The translations under genes and the position numbers were made by a program. The notes under the pieces were generated by a model. The model saw only the letters and a list, made by a program, of their open reading frames with translations. It made no database searches and was not told the origin of the DNA. Below, piece after piece: positions 11,705-24,240 of a stretch of DNA of 64,000 bases. The stretch is from Haplodiscus bocki. Lineage: Eukaryota. The stretch covers positions 88,908,001 through 88,972,000 of the forward strand of contig OZ296652.1 of the NCBI GenBank assembly GCA_965655095.1. The letters are read 5' to 3'. How positions within the stretch are numbered: position 1 is the first letter of the stretch; each line of letters begins with the position of its first letter.

Positions 11705-14700
11705 GGTCGGTCAGTGTGGTTCTATTGGAGTGCCCTCATTTCCAGTAATGGACGACAACAACTACACTACGACAGTTGAACGGTCCTCATGTCTTGCAGA
11801 GAACCCTTACAGACGATCAACTAAATAGAACCTCTCTGTTTTTTAGCCCCCAACTTAAACCTAACGTCTTAGTTTTTACAGGAACTCTGTAGAATATTTG
11901 TGATTTCTTTTCTTATACGAAAACTGACGATGGAAAAAAATAAAGAACAAATTTGAAAGCAAAGAACAGCAACTTCTACAGCTGGAACTGTTATGTGGCT
12001 ATTGGTTTTCTAAAATGTATCACGAAACGATAATCAGGTAGAAGATCATCACAGTGGTGTGACACCATCAGCAACGTTGCGATAAAAATGTTGACATCGA
12101 AGTCGGAAACAAAAATCGAGCAAAACAAACCATGACTTCAAAACCCAAACAATCTTACATCTACATTACATAAAAACGCCAGGAAGATTACACTAACAAC
12201 AAAACATCATCATCTCGACATAGTTGCAATATGAAGGGTGGACAGAAAATTTACATGTTTGAAGTCGTTTTGCAGTCGTCATCGCACATCTGGTTCTTCT
12301 TCATCTGTTGAATCTCGAAAGCTTGTGACGTTTCTGGATTTTAATTTCGAAAAAGCTATAATTTTTTATGTTGGATGTTTCAAATTTGAAGGTTTCGAAA
12401 TGTTACTGAACAACTGTTGTCCCGAAAACTTTCAGCTTTAGTAAGACCTTTGCATCAGGAACCACCAAATTTATGTTTTTTCGAGAATTTTTTCGGGATA
12501 AGGATACACCAGCAATTTCAATGCAAAAAAATGCAATAGGTTTCATTCAAAGGCGATCTACGTTCAATTTATGTGAAATATTAGAAATTCTCTGTTTTCG
12601 AGAAAGTAAATAAATTTATCTGGAATGTCAAGAATATATAGAACCAAACTCGAGAATTGCTTGACTCAAAGCCATTTAGGGTTTCCGGTTTTCTTGTTGA
12701 CACGGTGGGCTCCTTTTTGATCTTCTGTTTCTCTCCGTGAATGAATAATTGGGTTGATTTACTAGAAATAGAGAAGGAACCAACAAGAAAAATTCGAGCA
12801 ATTCATTCGTGAATGAAGTAAAACTTTTCAAAAAGTTCCTCCAGTTCTGACTTAGTGCAAAGCCGGTCATCCAAAAAGCGATAAATTCCGAGTTCCAAAG
12901 GCAAGTAGACCAGCATGGGAACGTAATGCATTTCCTACTTTGACTTTCGCAGGGGTTCAAGGCTATATCTATCCATTTGGGTCGCTGTAAGTGTTCATCA
13001 AAGCCATTTTTGTTAGCAGCTTTGAATAGCCAGACGCCCAAGTCAAAAACTTACAGCTTCCTGATTGGAAGATGCAGGCCTCCAACTCACCTAACAAAGA
13101 TGTGTTTGGCATAACCAAACCATCTTGTTGTTTCAAAAACATCCGCGGACCGATGGTGTTCCTTAAAATTTCAGTGGAGAAGAAAAAGATATCAAGTACC
13201 TCAGAAAGCCTGTTTCCTCAAATCAGTGCCGAATGGACCCTCGAAAACACTGTTAAAATTCCTTGAAAGAAACGTAATGCATTCAAAATGTTTTCCAGCT
13301 AAAACATACACATTATGTTTTCGGCCCTAGTACTCTCCATCATCAGCTGTTAACTACGAACGGTATTCAAATAAAGTTTACTTATGTACGATTTTCTTTT
13401 TGCTTGCGTAATGCTGTGTTGGTTGATTACAAAATTAAGCAGCTGAATTGTACTTTGTTTTTGACGTATTTCTCAAATAACAACAGATTGATGAATGTGT
13501 GTAATAGTAGTTGCGGTGTCAGTTAATTCATTACTCTTTGTGCGTTCTCATTTTTTCCAATACAGCCTCATTTGAAATTCAATCGTCGAATCATGCAACA
13601 TAGTTTGGTTATCTTTTTACCTATACCCTGAAAAGAACATATTAGCCTTGCAGTCTTATGCGGTTTCAGACGATAATCTGTTGAACGACGTTTTGGCTGA
13701 ACCTTCACTAATTATTTTTAAGCCCTTTTGAGAAGTGTATAATTTTGTTGTTTTTCCTGAAGCGGTTTATTTCAGATTTTTTTTCAGATTTTCACAGTAA
13801 GAAGTAAGGGAAACTATTTGTACTAACAAGATTTTTTTGTGCTAAATGGAAAAACGTGATAAAATACAAGTATCCGAAACATTCAATTGAAATTCGTTGA
13901 GTATTTGTCGAATGAATTGAGTAGTTTCACTTTGAAGTGTAATCCATTGACGAGTAGTCTATTGTTTTCATTTTGTTTACTATAAACTTTTCGGTATTGG
14001 TATTTTGAAGCAAGACGAGAGTTAAATTACATCCGTTATTGAAATTCAAACGCTGCTTTGATGATTTTGTTGGTGTTAGGCTTCTAATGCCATTATTCGC
14101 ACGAAGCAAAAAATCGTGATTGTTGAAAACTGTCAAAAAGTTAGCACGTATCTTTTATAACTGACCGAAGTTTTTGCCGGAAGTATTTGAACGAAAATTG
14201 TCAACGGTTTATGATAACGGTGGCACTTTTTTGTAGAAAGAAGGAATCTCGTTATAAGCAATCAAAATTTGTTTTTTGGGAAAAATGTTTGAAGCAATTG
14301 CAACTTCTCGGATCGATATATCTGTCGTAAATTGGGTAATGCAAACAAAGATGCCAAAAAATCATTTCCGGCGATAATAAAACGAAAAGTTTGTGTTTAG
14401 TTAGATTGGGGGGTTTGTGCAATCGGTCCTATGCGCAGGTCCAAGCTTCTGACATATAGGTGAAAACTAGTATGATGCCTAATGGAATTGTGAGAACGTA
14501 GTTGAAAGATCAGGTTGATAAACGACGTTTCTTTTATTGACGGCGAATTAGAGGCAACAATTCTCTCTCCATGTGACGAAAAACATCGGTAAGTGATGGA
14601 GGCGGAACCAGCGTAAAAGTTCCAGTGACAGTATAGCCTTCGGCACTTCTTGTATAGGAAAGCTATAAATGATTTTGACATCAAAATTGAAAAATTTTAC

Positions 14701-15124
14701 TCTGTTCGGAATTGTTTGTTTCTCTCTTTCTATGCGCCCGAACTTTTCATGTGTTTATTGTAATCTTGACTTGAACGCTGGCTTCTCTTTTCACCACGAA
14801 AAGTTGGGTAAAGTGGGTGTTTTACTGTTTGGTAAAAAAAGCAGTTAAGCTCAATTTTTGCAGAAAAGAAGAGATAGTAGTGCTCAGAGTTATAGGGAAC
14901 GATTTTCCTGGCTCCCTTAGTTGCGGTGGTTGCAATTAATAAGGCTGATGGAAAAGCTCAATGAAGACATAGATTATCTTCAGACAAAAGTAGCAGCATT
15001 ATATTTTGAAGAAATTACAGAATAATTATGGTTTTTAGTGAGCAGAAGCACGTAAACTACAGATTGTCAGCCCAAAGGCAGCCAATTTGTTTTCAGCAAA
15101 CTGGAGTTTGAAGTTTTTTGAAAA

Positions 15125-16315
15125 GAGAACAAAATCATTTGTTCCGCTCATTCGATTCGTTGTTTTGGGGCTTGAGTCGGGTATTTGCAGCGTCCACACA
15201 CAAGTTGCCTTTGGGTAGACACGAAACGACGTGCATAATCTTAGCCTCCGAGATGCTATCATCCGACTACTTGGCAGCACGGCACCATCCTACAATTCAA
15301 AATCCTTCATTTTCAATTCGAATGGCAGTGAAACGGCGAATCCCATTGTCAACATCATGGGACTCCATGGACAGGATGTCAAATGTTTCGGCCATCACTG
15401 TAGTTCTCAGTGGTACGCTCGTGTATTTCACAATGGGCACTTCAAGCCTGTCCAGTTCGAATTCAAGGCAAAGGAGGTCTGTGGTGAGACATTTTGCGCG
15501 GTTGGAGGCTGATATGCAACCACAGAGATTGTTTTTATTGCCAGCACCCTAACACAGACAGCCATTACACACGTTAATTAGGTACGTTGCCCCACCTGTT
15601 TGAAAATTTTTCGTCTTAAAGTTGAGGTAGGAGTAGTCTTCGTTTTGAGTGATGGTTTTAAGGAGGTAAATCAATGGGAGGAGAATGCATCTTGTGGGTA
15701 ATTAGAGGCTGATTCGTTGATATAAGTGCCGTGTTAGTTTCGTTTATGAATCCTCGCAGACGAAGACTGTACAAATATTTTGTGCCTGGATTCATATGTG
15801 GAAAGTATTGCAACACCATTTTTGTCTGGCCAACTTTGTCTGTGAATACAGCGACGCATTGCTGCTCCCCGTCGACACCAAGAAGAACGAATCGGTTGAA
15901 TGTCGAAGCCTTCGACATTTTATTTGGGTTGTTGCCACGTGTGAAAAAAAAATACAACACGAGTTCTTTTTCTTTCCTAGGGCCTATAACAGCAGCGAAG
16001 CCTACTGTGTTACAACATCATATGTTTCTTTATCTGGTTCATGTTTTCACACTCACCTTTGTAATGAAGAAAAGTTGCTGGCAATTTAATGCATTCCATT
16101 GTAATCTCGCGGAAATTTCTGCAACAACGATTTGCATACCTTTCATCAACTATTGTGGAAGCCGTAGTAATGCAAATTGATGATTTGAAGACTGGCATTT
16201 TCGACAAAGTAAATATCTCCTGGTTTGACTGGGGAAAACTAAAATTTTCCTAACAGAATATCAGGTCAATTCATTCCATTGGCACTTCAATTACGTGTTC
16301 GGAAACAGTTGCCAT
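15125..16315 (-). pseudogene. Duplicated copy of the unknown accessory gene
   Basis: Copy of 18990-20180 at -3865, carrying the same stop codons. Confidence 0.5.
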
Positions 16316-16491
16316 TTGCTTTTAAACTATTGGAGGAGTGATTGAGCATGAAAAACGTTTTACTGCTTGTTACAAATAATGAAGAAAAAAATGTTGTTTT
16401 TTTAAACGCATTGAGAGAAAGGTCAGTTGATGCTATTGTTAAACGCAACAATGTTTAATTAATGGTAACTGTTGCAATGAAGTTTTGATTT

Positions 16492-18511
16492 TCATTCCAG
16501 CAATATAACTAAGTTCTGTGGTGTTGATTCATCTGAGCTGGATATAGTGGTATTCCAATGACACTTTAAACTCAAGAGGAGCTCATCAATGACTGTACAT
16601 GAAGGGTTTAAAGCTGCGCATATCAGGCCCCATGGTCGTTGTGGATCGATTTCTTGGCTGTTTTTATCATCGAGGTTGTTTACTTTTTGAAGCTCATTTC
16701 TTATGTTCATGCAGGTCCCGGCTGTGAAAGAGCCAGTTTTCGGAGACAGAAGACAGTATATAGTTGCACAAGAGTCATTAAGTAAAGATTGTCTGTACAT
16801 TGATTGAACATGTTGCGAGATTGGGTTGGATAGAATATTACTGCCTGACATGCCACGTGATACTTTTTTAACAAATATGAAATTGAAAGAGTGCCACTGA
16901 TTGCTGCGAGAACATAGTTTGTGGATTGTTGCCAAGGTGAGTGACTTAAGTCCAATGAAAATCAAGTTTTTGAGTTTTTTTGACGCGGCTAATGAGAACT
17001 AAGAGTTGATTGCGTTCCCAGAGTTTGAACATTTTTTTCTCCGATGGATCAGTTGAAGCAATTTGTGTCGCGAAAAATGGAACGTCGTCATCGATGCATT
17101 TGTTGATTGTGGAGGCATAGAAGGATAATAAATGATCGTGGATGCGCCGAACGGTAAATTTTTCCGAAAAAATGTGTGGTAAGCCTTCAGATTTCCTGAC
17201 AGTAACCAATGTCCGAACTTCAGCAGTGTAATCTCTAGTTTCGTCAATTTTCAGGGATGGCAGCTCTCGCACGCAAGCTGGAGCAACAAGGACTTTGATA
17301 CCATCAAAGTCATTATTGGGAATTGATTTTATCACCCACAATTGACCTTGAGTTACTTGTTTGTCCTGCATGTTCCTGGTAAATTGCATTGGTGGGCCCT
17401 CATAAACGAAAAGATTATCAGGTCCTGAACATTTTTTGTTGAGGAAGATTTTAGACCGTTTTCCGCCGTTGCCTTCCATGAGTTTTGACCAGATTTCGTC
17501 CAATCAACAGAAAGTGGCATTCGCTAGGTTCTGTTCCTCGATGTGTCGACAGTGATCTTCGATCAATATCTTTTGGGCTTTTCTTGTCAGAACTACTTTC
17601 AAAAAGGGTGCATCATTAGGCATTGTGGACCAAGTTTTGACAAAATTGCATTCGGATGACAGAATTGCTGTGACTTTTTCTGCATTTGCTTCTGTTATAT
17701 GTTGTAAGTCTAAAAGTTCCAGGAATCTGTTCCCCTGTGAATCATTCATGCGTACGTAATCTTGTAAGTAAAACAAGTGAAGTTTGTGAAGAGCAGTGGT
17801 GGGATCCAAACAAGAGCCCTACTTGGAGTTCTGAGTTGTTTTGGGTCGCTGTTATCCAACATTAAAAGACCTCCCATTGGGGAGTTAATAATGTTAACAA
17901 AATGTAAGGTTTGACCTAGTACTGACCATTGCGTGAGATTCAACATTACCAACTCGTCGATGACTAGGACGTCTAAAAATTGATGAACACCAGTTTCATT
18001 GGATCACGGTACGGTTGCTGGACAGTGGATTCAACTTGCCCGGAATGTTGGAAACAACAGCCCTTGGTATCAAACAATGCAGATGTACTCCTCCAAACTG
18101 TGCAACTTTTTCTCCTGCTAACCTTGTAACAATGCATTTTAATCCATGTGACATGGCGTAGCAAAGTGCAATCAATGTGAAAGTTGATTTGCCATTTCCT
18201 CGTTTTCCGAGGACGAAATGATGCGAAAATATTGTTTCTGTGCCAGAATGATACGTCTCTACTGCAGCAATGAAAGAATCGAGGACGGTACATTGTTTGT
18301 CGTAACTCGATTGAGACTGGCTGTTCACTTTTGTGAGAGTCGTTTGAAAAAATACAAGTGATGAGGTTGAAGCTTTAGCTAAAGCGAAGTCACTTGGACA
18401 TTTTTCAATCTTTTTGCTCGACACAAGTCCTTTCACGGTGTTGGAACGACAGACAAGGACAAACTGGTTAGTTTTCTCATTAGTAGTTTGTTGAATCGCT
18501 GACAAAAGCAC
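16492..18511 (-). pseudogene. Duplicated 3' part of RepHel (PIF1 helicase plus GIY-YIG-like tail), 5'-truncated
   Basis: ORFs 17996-18511, 17746-17952, 17504-17809, 16946-17503 and 16492-16965 match those at 21861-20357. Confidence 0.85.
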
Positions 18512-18989
18512 TTCTTGTATAGGAAAGCTATAAATGATTTTGACATCAAAATTGAAAAATTTTACTCTGTTCGGAATTGTTTGTTTCTCTCTTTCTATGC
18601 GCCCGAACTTTTCATGTGTTTATTGTAATCTTGACTTGAACGCTGGCTTCTCTTTTCACCACGAAAAGTTGGGTAAAGTGGGTGTTTTACTGTTTGGTAA
18701 AAAAAGCAGTTAAGCTCAATTTTTGCAGAAAAGAAGAGATAGTAGTGCTCAGAGTTATAGGGAACGATTTTCCTGGCTCCCTTAGTTGCGGTGGTTGCAA
18801 TTAATAAGGCTGATGGAAAAGCTCAATGAAGACATAGATTATCTTCAGACAAAAGTAGCAGCATTATATTTTGAAGAAATTACAGAATAATTATGGTTTT
18901 TAGTGAGCAGAAGCACGTAAACTACAGATTGTCAGCCCAAAGGCAGCCAATTTGTTTTCAGCAAACTGGAGTTTGAAGTTTTTTGAAAA

Positions 18990-20180
18990 GAGAACAAAAT
19001 CATTTGTTCCGCTCATTCGATTCGTTGTTTTGGGGCTTGAGTCGGGTATTTGCAGCGTCCACACACAAGTTGCCTTTGGGTAGACACGAAACGACGTGCA
19101 TAATCTTAGCCTCCGAGATGCTATCATCCGACTACTTGGCAGCACGGCACCATCCTACAATTCAAAATCCTTCATTTTCAATTCGAATGGCAGTGAAACG
19201 GCGAATCCCATTGTCAACATCATGGGACTCCATGGACAGGATGTCAAATGTTTCGGCCATCACTGTAGTTCTCAGTGGTACGTTCGTGTATTTCACAATG
19301 GGCACTTCAAGCCTGTCCAGTTCGAATTCAAGGCAAAGGAGGTCTGTGGTGAGACATTTTGCGCGGTTGGAGGCTGATATGCAACCACAGAGATTGTTTT
19401 TATTGCCAGCACCCTAACACAGACAGCCATTACACACGTTAATTAGGTACGTTGCCCCACCTGTTTGAAAATTTTTCGTCTTAAAGTTGAGGTAGGAGTA
19501 GTCTTCGTTTTGAGTGATGGTTTTAAGGAGGTAAATCAATGGGAGGAGAATGCATCTTGTGGGTAATTAGAGGCTGATTCGTTGATATAAGTGCCGTGTT
19601 AGTTTCGTTTATGAATCCTCGCAGACGAAGACTGTACAAATATTTTGTGCCTGGATTCATATGTGGAAAGTATTGCAACACCATTTTTGTCTGGCCAACT
19701 TTGTCTGTGAATACAGCGACGCATTGCTGCTCCCCGTCGACACCAAGAAGAACGAATCGGTTGAATGTCGAAGCCTTCGACATTTTATTTGGGTTGTTGC
19801 CACGTGTGAAAAAAAAATACAACACGAGTTCTTTTTCTTTCCTAGGGCCTATAACAGCAGCGAAGCCTACTGTGTTACAACATCATATGTTTCTTTATCT
19901 GGTTCATGTTTTCACACTCACCTTTGTAATGAAGAAAAGTTGCTGGCAATTTAATGCATTCCATTGTAATCTCGCGGAAATTTCTGCAACAACGATTTGC
20001 ATACCTTTCATCAACTATTGTGGAAGCCGTAGTAATGCAAATTGATGATTTGAAGACTGGCATTTTCGACAAAGTAAATATCTCCTGGTTTGACTGGGGA
20101 AAACTAAAATTTTCCTAACAGAATATCAGGTCAATTCATTCCATTGGCACTTCAATTACGTGTTCGGAAACAGTTGCCAT
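18990..20180 (-). pseudogene. Accessory gene of unknown function (~390 codons, Cys cluster) downstream of RepHel
   Basis: ATG at 20178-20180 (MATVSEHVIEVPME*...). ORF pieces 19875-20072 and 19523-19825 continue by manual translation into INVCNGCLC*GAGNKNNLCGCIS and ENEGF*IVGWCR. Protein-like reading broken by scattered stops. Confidence 0.5.
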
Positions 20181-20479
20181 TTGCTTTTAAACTATTGGAG
20201 GAGTGATTGAGCATGAAAAACGTTTTACTGCTTGTTACAAATAATGAAGAAAAAAATGTTGTTTTTTTAAACGCATTGAGAGAAAGGTCAGTTGATGCTA
20301 TTGTTAAACGCAACAATGTTTAATTAATGGTAACTGTTGCAATGAAGTTTTGATTTTCATTCCAGCAATATAACTAAGTTCTGTGGTGTTGATTCATCTG
20401 AGCTGGATATAGTGGTATTCCAATGACACTTTAAACTCAAGAGGAGCTCATCAATGACTGTACATGAAGGGTTTAAAGC

Positions 20480-20640
20480 TGCGCATATCAGGCCCCATGG
20501 TCGTTGTGGATCGATTTCTTGGCTGTTTTTATCATCGAGGTTGTTTACTTTTTGAAGCTCATTTCTTATGTTCATGCAGGTCCCGGCTGTGAAAGAGCCA
20601 GTTTTCGGAGACAGAAGACAGTATATAGTTGCACAAGAGT
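20480..20640 (-). pseudogene. GIY-YIG (SLX1-like) nuclease-like segment at the RepHel C-terminus
   Basis: IYCLLSPKTGSFTAGTCMNIRNELQKVNN...QRPWGLIC aligns by eye to the SLX1-type pattern vYlL.s.....YiG.T.n..rRl.qHN......RPW.lv. The catalytic Y, R and H positions appear eroded. Confidence 0.55.
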
Positions 20641-20810
20641 CATTAAGTAAAGATTGTCTGTACATTGATTGAACATGTTGCGAGATTGGGTTGGATAGAA
20701 TATTACTGCCTGACATGCCACGTGATACTTTTTTAACAAATATGAAATTGAAAGAGTGCCACTGATTGCTGCGAGAACATAGTTTGTGGATTGTTGCCAA
20801 GGTGAGTGAC

Positions 20811-22160
20811 TTAAGTCCAATGAAAATCAAGTTTTTGAGTTTTTTTGACGCGGCTAATGAGAACTAAGAGTTGATTGCGTTCCCAGAGTTTGAACATTTT
20901 TTTCTCCGATGGATCAGTTGAAGCAATTTGTGTCGCGAAAAATGGAACGTCGTCATCGATGCATTTGTTGATTGTGGAGGCATAGAAGGATAATAAATGA
21001 TCGTGGATGCGCCGAACGGTAAATTTTTCCGAAAAAATGTGTGGTAAGCCTTCAGATTTCCTGACAGTAACCAATGTCCGAACTTCAGCAGTGTAATCTC
21101 TAGTTTCGTCAATTTTCAGGGATGGCAGCTCTCGCACGCAAGCTGGAGCAACAAGGACTTTGATACCATCAAAGTCATTATTGGGAATTGATTTTATCAC
21201 CCACAATTGACCTTGAGTTACTTGTTTGTCCTGCATGTTCCTGGTAAATTGCATTGGTGGGCCCTCATAAACGAAAAGATTATCAGGTCCTGAACATTTT
21301 TTGTTGAGGAAGATTTTAGACCGTTTTCCGCCGTTGCCTTCCATGAGTTTTGACCAGATTTCGTCCAATCAACAGAAAGTGGCATTCGCTAGGTTCTGTT
21401 CCTCGATGTGTCGACAGTGATCTTCGATCAATATCTTTTGGGCTTTTCTTGTCAGAACTACTTTCAAAAAGGGTGCATCATTAGGCATTGTGGACCAAGT
21501 TTTGACAAAATTGCATTCGGATGACAGAATTGCTGTGACTTTTTCTGCATTTGCTTCTGTTATATGTTGTAAGTCTAAAAGTTCCAGGAATCTGTTCCCC
21601 TGTGAATCATTCATGCGTACGTAATCTTGTAAGTAAAACAAGTGAAGTTTGTGAAGAGCAGTGGTGGGATCCAAACAAGAGCCCTACTTGGAGTTCTGAG
21701 TTGTTTTGGGTCGCTGTTATCCAACATTAAAAGACCTCCCATTGGGGAGTTAATAATGTTAACAAAATGTAAGGTTTGACCTAGTACTGACCATTGCGTG
21801 AGATTCAACATTACCAACTCGTCGATGACTAGGACGTCTAAAAATTGATGAACACCAGTTTCATTGGATCACGGTACGGTTGCTGGACAGTGGATTCAAC
21901 TTGCCCGGAATGTTGGAAACAACAGCCCTTGGTATCAAACAATGCAGATGTACTCCTCCAAACTGTGCAACTTTTTCTCCTGCTAACCTTGTAACAATGC
22001 ATTTTAATCCATGTGACATGGCGTAGCAAAGTGCAATCAATGTGAAAGTTGATTTGCCATTTCCTCGTTTTCCGAGGACGAAATGATGCGAAAATATTGT
22101 TTCTGTGCCAGAATGATACGTCTCTACTGCAGCAATGAAAGAATCGAGGACGGTACATTG
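20811..22160 (-). pseudogene. PIF1-like SF1B helicase domain
   Basis: Walker A LGKRGNGKSTF; motif Ia/Ib VTRLAGEKVAQFGGVHLH; Walker B DVLVIDELVML (~21810-21840); PMGG...DPKQL; LQDYVRM; LFVYEGPPMQFTRN; FYASTINKC (TIHKSQG-like); QLLVLISRVK (YVALSR-like). Confidence 0.92.
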
Positions 22161-23429
22161 TTTGTCGTAACTCGATTGAGACTGGCTGTTCACTTTTGTG
22201 AGAGTCGTTTGAAAAAATACAAGTGATGAGGTTGAAGCTTTAGCTAAAGCGAAGTCACTTGGACATTTTTCAATCTTTTTGCTCGACACAAGTCCTTTCA
22301 CGGTGTTGGAACGACAGACAAGGACAAACTGGTTAGTTTTCTCATTAGCAGTTTGTTGAATCGCTGACAAAAGCACTTGGAGTGGTTCAGTTTTCAGAAT
22401 GTCACCTTTCTGGAAGTAATCAAGCATAATGGTGTTGCACTGAACAACTTTTTTATCAAATAGTCGGGTGGAATCTGGTAAAACTTGCACTTGTTATAGA
22501 ATATAAATTCTTGTCACTTCTACAACATTCTGCTCAGGCGACAAGTCACGTTGCCAAAGTCCTACTTTCTGGAAACTTTAGAAAAGATTCTCCGATTCGA
22601 ACCAGTCAATTTCTGTGTCAAAATATCCCATGGATATAAGAAGGTGTATCAGGAAATTTGTGGGATTGGACGGACATGTTTAGGTAAAAAGGACAACAAC
22701 ATTACTGCGCATGTCGGAACTTGATGATACAAGTGACTCCAGATCAATTTTTTTGAGATAATTCTGTAGAGAAACAGCTGTGGGTTGATTTATCTGGTTT
22801 AAGGTTTCAACGAAATGTGGCCAGCATTTTTTTCTGATAACAACAAGCTTTTTGAAACCTTCAATAAATGTAAGTTTTTATTGAGTAAATAACTGATACA
22901 ATTTATAGTTCGCTCCCTCGGGGATGCTCTGCCTTTCGAACAATCAAAAATGCAGACTTGGATTTCAAACAAACAAAAGTTCTGGTGGCCTAGCGCTATG
23001 GGCAGTCGCATTGTCCACGGGAATACTGCTTTGCAGTCTAAATTCTATTTTTTTTCTTTTGAGTGATTGTGAACTGACGCCATTGAGGCAAGTCTCTGCG
23101 CAGAGTAACAATGGGGGAATGAAAAGCAACAGACTATTCGCCTCTAATTCGTTTTAACTGCATATGTTTGACTCCAGACCTGCTTTACTTTTCACTAGTA
23201 TTGGTGCAGACACTCGCAAATGACGATTTAGCAAAGGCTAAATCGAACAGGTGCCAATAACACTCAGTAATGCGTTTGTGCTTTGCTTGGCAAGTTTGTT
23301 TCCGGTCTCGTGCTGTTTCTTTTTGCAAACGTTGCTTGACGCCTTCAATTTTTTAATTCTGAATATCACCAACCGATACGGACAATTGGTTGTTTTCTCT
23401 ACCAGCTGAAATCAAAACCCTTGCTTTTT

Positions 23430-24240
23430 CCTCAGCACCAGCAGCAGATTTCGCAATATAGCGATCCTACAGGTACTTGTCGCAAATCAGCAAATTTTCT
23501 TGAGAGCCGGTCAAAACAAACAGATGTGGATTCATGACGGTCACGTTTTCATTTTTGGCATGGGTTAAACCACTTTCCCGCTTGTGATTTCTCGGTAACT
23601 GTAAGTGTATCATGAAATCCCTCTTTTTTGCCAACCCACTTTTGTCCAGTATTTGGAAAGCTTCGAGTGAATGGTTCACTTCGATTTCTGAAAGATAGTA
23701 GATCATGCTCGGCGGGTAAACTGGGAATCAACGCTCCTGTGATATCGGTAGTTCGTTGGAGCACAAAGGTAGTATTTTTTATAGCTTTTTTGTAACAATA
23801 GAATGCATCAGCTTTGTCTGTGTGCAAGCCAATCCGACGAAACTTTTGGAATTCGAAATTAAATCGTAATAGTGGTTTCTGGGCTACAATACGGTCTTCG
23901 AAAGTACCCGTGTCTTTGTTTTCGTCTGTCCATAAAAGGCAATGAATGTGCGGTAAGTTGCCTTGCGTAGTCTGGAATTCATTTCGCCACCATATCTGCT
24001 GGGTTTTCCCTAGAAGTTTTTCGCTCGATTTCTCAATGTAAGTCATCACAACGGAAGAAACTGGCTCCCACATTCGGACGAAGAAACCCATAAAACTTTG
24101 AACTACAGCTTTGTAAATTTTTTACTCTCCTGTGAGTACCTCTGTTCGATGGCTTCAAAAAGTGTCTGCAATCCAGAATGTTTGGACATGTTACACGTCA
24201 TTGTCAGAAATTAATCGGGACTTTTCTCTAAACATGCGGC
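23430..24240 (-). pseudogene. HUH Rep (rolling-circle initiator) domain
   Basis: Motif 1 SPD*FLTMTCN (~24190-24222); motif 2 WWRNEFQTTQGNLPHIHCLLWT (ORF 23549-24091); motif 3 DRYIAKSAAG (YxxKY-like, ~23440-23466). Confidence 0.92.

Larger units (their letters stand above)
14643..22378. repeat. Near-perfect direct tandem duplication, period 3865 bp
   Basis: All ORFs at 15035-18293 recur at +3865 (18900-22158). GCACTT lies at all three breakpoints (14643, 18508, 22373). I noticed only two differences (15418 C vs 19283 T; 18484 T vs 22349 C). Confidence 0.98.

Noticed and set aside
15118-20045. Plus-strand ORFs 15118-15552, 15731-16180 and their duplicates
   Set aside because: They are antisense to the minus-strand accessory gene and have no recognisable motifs.
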